DNA of 63,055 bases, counting the filler, from Limisphaerales bacterium (lineage in GTDB: Bacteria; Verrucomicrobiota; Verrucomicrobiia; Limisphaerales; SIBE01), in assembly GCA_044225505.1 (NCBI GenBank). It is 10 parts of 10 records of this genome, joined end to end, with 100 filler letters (N's around TTAATTAATTAA, not from the genome) between each part and the next. Parts side by side here need not be neighbours in the genome. Positions count along the whole stretch, not along the records: positions 57,198 to 63,055 come from JBGAIN010000292.1; 9 more parts are not named here. The stretch is one strand, 5' to 3'. The position numbers and the translations under genes were made by a program. Below the pieces are notes generated by a model. It was not told the origin of the DNA, did no database searches, and worked only from the letters and a program-made list of their open reading frames with translations. This document shows, piece after piece, positions 60,053-63,055 of this stretch; positions within the stretch are counted from its first letter, which is position 1; every line of letters begins with the position of its first letter.

Positions 60053-61396
60053 CTACGCGATAAAGCTGTAGTCGTACGGTCGGCGCATTTCGCGGGCCAC
60101 CATGGCATTTGCTGGCGACGCCGCATCGCCCGTGAACCGTTCCTGCTCCGCATTCCACTCGAGACGACGTCCCGTTCGAAGAGCAATCGCTCCCAAATGG
60201 CACAACGACGCCGATCGGTGTCCGACTTCGACGTGGCAGATGGGATCCCGCCGGGACCGAACACAGTCGAAGAAATTTGCCATGTGATCATTACTGACAT
60301 CGAGGTGCACGGCGCTGGAATCCAGAGGGGTAGTGAGAAGACCGTCATCGCTGGCATTCAAGTCCCCACGGGTCACCCAGATCCAACCGTCCGATCCTTC
60401 AAATCGAATTCCGTGGCGTTGTCCCTCCTTCTTCGCCACTCCGCCAAAGATCGTATCATCAGTGGTCGTTTTCACCACGTGCTTGATCTGATGATTCCAG
60501 GTATAAGTGACTTCGTATTCGCTAAACGCGGTGTAGCCCCCGGGAATCGGATCGATCAGAACACGCCCCTCGACCGACAAGGGTCCCTCCTGCCCAATCG
60601 CCCATCGCGCAATGTCGTTATGATGCGCTCCCCAGTCGGTAATCGTCCCGCCGGAGTAATCGAACCAATACCTGAACGTCGTGTGACAGCGTTCCTTGAC
60701 GTAATCAGTCTTGGGCGCTTGACCAAGGTAGAAATCCCAATTCAATTCTTTTGGAACGGGCGAGGGCGAAAAGGGCCCCGCACGAAGTCCGGCGGGCAAA
60801 AAGACCGTCACTTGTTTTAGCTTTCCAAGGCGGCCGTTGCGAACCAACTCCGCGGCGAGACGAAAATGCTTGTCGCTCCGTTGCTGACTTCCCGTTTGCA
60901 GGACCGTCTTGTGCTGCCGCACGGATTTCACGAGACGCTGACCTTCCTCGATCGTCATCGTCAGCGGTTTCTCCGCATAAACGTCTTTCTTAGCCTGTGT
61001 CGCGGCCAGGTTGACCAAGGTGTGCCAGTGATCCGGAGTCGCTGTGATCACCACGTGCACATCCTTCCGCTCCATCACGCGACGAAAATCTCCTAATTGC
61101 TCTGGCGCTTTGCCATCGCGAGTGAACTGTACAGCCGCCGCCGCGGCATGCGCTGCGTCCAAATCGCACACGGCCACGATGTCCCCATAATTACTGGCAT
61201 TTTTGGCGTCGCCGCGTCCCATGCCGCCGCAGCCAACCAGAGCAATTCCAGGACGATCGTTTGGGCTAACCGCTTTCGGCGCCGCCGCCGCCCTCGCTAA
61301 GTCACGCTCCCAAAACCAGGCCGGTAACCCAGTGGCCGCCGCGGCCAGCATGCTGTGTCTCAAGAAAGAACGGCGCGAAATATGGAAAGGGTTCAC
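60053..61396 (-). CDS. Tat-exported Gfo/Idh/MocA oxidoreductase
   Basis: SRRSFL, GCGGMG, ATPDHWH, EKPL, QTGSQQRS, DWGAHH.D. Confidence 0.92.
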   Translation of the reverse strand: MNPFHISRRSFLRHSMLAAAATGLPAWFWERDLARAAAAPKAVSPNDRPGIALVGCGGMGRGDAKNASNYGDIVAVCDLDAAHAAAAAVQFTRDGKAPEQLGDFRRVMERKDVHVVITATPDHWHTLVNLAATQAKKDVYAEKPLTMTIEEGQRLVKSVRQHKTVLQTGSQQRSDKHFRLAAELVRNGRLGKLKQVTVFLPAGLRAGPFSPSPVPKELNWDFYLGQAPKTDYVKERCHTTFRYWFDYSGGTITDWGAHHNDIARWAIGQEGPLSVEGRVLIDPIPGGYTAFSEYEVTYTWNHQIKHVVKTTTDDTIFGGVAKKEGQRHGIRFEGSDGWIWVTRGDLNASDDGLLTTPLDSSAVHLDVSNDHMANFFDCVRSRRDPICHVEVGHRSASLCHLGAIALRTGRRLEWNAEQERFTGDAASPANAMVAREMRRPYDYSFIA

Positions 61397-62118
61397 ATCG
61401 CCATTGATAGCGTGGGCTGCGGGATCGTCAATCGCCGATTCCCCGGCGCTGGCTCCTCACGTTCGAAAGTTTTCGGCTGCTCAGCTTCATTCTCAACCAC
61501 CAGATAATGGGTGCGCCCTTCACTCCAGAGTCTTAGCCCGACAAATCCCCCGGGTGCCGCGCTGGCTGCGTCCCGTCGTTGCCCCGAAACACTTCCATAA
61601 CCTAGAGGATCTATAGCTTCGCAACTATCCGGTCGACGCCTGCTTCTAGGATGAAGTCCCGGCTGATTCCGTTTTCGCCATTCCTCCAGTTTGGGCGGTG
61701 CAGGATGTCCCGATCGAAGAAAACAGCTACTCACTCCCTTGGGAACGACTGGACTTGGCACAGGCGCCCCTTGGTCCTGGCGGACTGACATGCCCTCCTT
61801 TTAGCAATCGACTGGCACTGTCCTCGCAGCGTTGCTGGCGGAGCGAATCCTCGTTGTCCGCGCTGCCCTTCGCAGTCCCGGACTTCTCTTTCCTCCTTTT
61901 CATCAATCAACTTCGACCTGCTTCGCCCGCAGCGCAACCGGCCGTAAGGCTACTGAGACATCCGCTTTGGGGCAGAGTTTGAACGCGGCCAGATCGAGAA
62001 CCTGCCAGCGAAGCCTTTTGCGACAGGAAATGCCGCTCCCACCTGGGAAGCTGGCTCTTGCCCACGACGCCGCCTTGCGAGCGGCAGGTCGTTGAGCACC
62101 GCATTCCGGCAGAAAGTC

Positions 62119-62230
62119 CCTAGTGTGGTGACCGCTAAGTCCTTGCACTTTCGCGGCGAGGGTGTTTGCGCGCCCGCAAGACGCGAGCGAGGCGCAGACC
62201 CGTTGCGGTCTGTAACGAGCGAGGAACGCC
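62119..62230. repeat. MITE-like repeat end, copy 2
   Basis: CCTAGTGTGGTGACCGCTAAGTCCTT.. matches 44928-44967; internal hairpin CAGACC-CGTTGC-GGTCTG. Confidence 0.55.
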
Positions 62231-62287
62231 GCGGCTCCTCGTCCTTGAAACGGACGCAGGACCCGAAAGCGCAGGCACCAAGGAGCC

Positions 62288-63055
62288 TTACGCGACGTGG
62301 CGAACGCGCGTTGCGAAATCGTCGACCTCTTTCAAATTCTCACATCCCACATTCAGAATGTCGACGCACCCCAACCCCATCACGTATTGAATCGATTTGT
62401 TCCGCAACTCGTCGCTATTGCGATAGCGCCCCTCGCCGATAATCTTCATACCGACGACTCCTTTGCCCGCGTCGTGAATGGCCTTCAGCACGGGAACGAC
62501 TTTTTCCGGAGGTCCATCCATGGCCGCACCGGTCGGATTGATCCGCGCATGCACAGAGTCAACCCAAGGCTCGCGAATGCACGCTTCCAAGGCTGGCAGT
62601 GAGTGGCAAGAAACGCCATGCGCGCGAATCATTTTCTTGCTCTTCAGCTCCGCTAACAAATCCATTTGCTTGCGCAATTCTTCGGGCCAATCCCCGGACT
62701 CTACGCAATGAAGCAGCACCAAGTCGATGTAGTCCGTCTTCAATTCCCGCAGAAACCTTTCGACCACAATATTCGAATCCGGCCGTTCGCGTTCCGGGAT
62801 CCCGCCTGGACGCCACCAGATTTTCGAAATGACAACATATTGGTCCCGCGGTATTCCGCGCAGTGCCGGAATCACATAGGGATGTGTCCCATAAAGATCT
62901 GCCAAGTCGAACACAGTGGTTCCGCGATCATGCGCTCCACGAATGAGCCCCTCAAATTTCTCTTTCCCCATTCGGGTATGGTTGGATTCCCGGTTACCGC
63001 CGCGCATGCCTGTTCCCAAACAAAACCTGGACATTTTCAAGTCCGTTTTGCCTAG
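62288..63055 (-). CDS. Aldo/keto reductase, 5' truncated
   Basis: SRFCLGTG, FDLADLYG, ISK, L.TDYIDLVLLH, GVSCH, GMK. Confidence 0.9.
   Translation of the reverse strand, partial: LGKTDLKMSRFCLGTGMRGGNRESNHTRMGKEKFEGLIRGAHDRGTTVFDLADLYGTHPYVIPALRGIPRDQYVVISKIWWRPGGIPERERPDSNIVVERFLRELKTDYIDLVLLHCVESGDWPEELRKQMDLLAELKSKKMIRAHGVSCHSLPALEACIREPWVDSVHARINPTGAAMDGPPEKVVPVLKAIHDAGKGVVGMKIIGEGRYRNSDELRNKSIQYVMGLGCVDILNVGCENLKEVDDFATRVRHVA

Overview
This window is not one locus. It is ten unrelated ~5.9-6.9 kb contigs in decreasing length order, joined by artificial 100-bp spacers (N44-TTAATTAATTAA-N44), so no gene linkage across spacers can be inferred. Gene content (DUF1501, DUF1559 prepilin-like, several Tat-exported Gfo/Idh/MocA oxidoreductases, CotH, PVC-type ECF sigma) points to a Verrucomicrobiota draft genome or MAG (inference). 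Contigs: (1) treZ fragment, GH57, treY, mscS, antiporter fragment; (2) glgA fragment, serS, TIGR04222 protein, ECF sigma, a complete group II intron, flagellin 3' end; (3) DUF899 cluster, NIT-domain chemoreceptor, vanadium haloperoxidase/PAP2 protein, WD40; (4) DUF4091 protein, 1113-aa hydrolase fusion, tRNA-Ser(GCT), DUF2946-like ORF plus Met-rich exported protein; (5) CotH, TPR, chrA, oxidoreductase; (6) MITE, LysR divergent from a NasS-like/nrtABC nitrate-type ABC cluster; (7) DUF1501, a complete ISAs1-type IS with a DruA/DUF4338-fused frameshifted transposase, DUF1559, HNH-like protein; (8) multi-PAS sensor, MidA methyltransferase, two PilT/U ATPases; (9) birA fragment, CoA transferase, DUF2239, DUF6807, oxidoreductase, enolase-superfamily fragment; (10) noncoding 11-bp periodic arrays, ABC-F, oxidoreductase, aldo/keto reductase. 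Best leads: a leaderless and probably autoregulated DUF2239 gene with a paired palindromic operator, the DruA/Mom-like domain fused to a recoded transposase, a CruR/CutF-like copper uORF module, an intron that targets an octamer repeat, a palindromic two-way sigma54-like site, and inverted 11-mer arrays. All family assignments come from motif recognition, not database searches.
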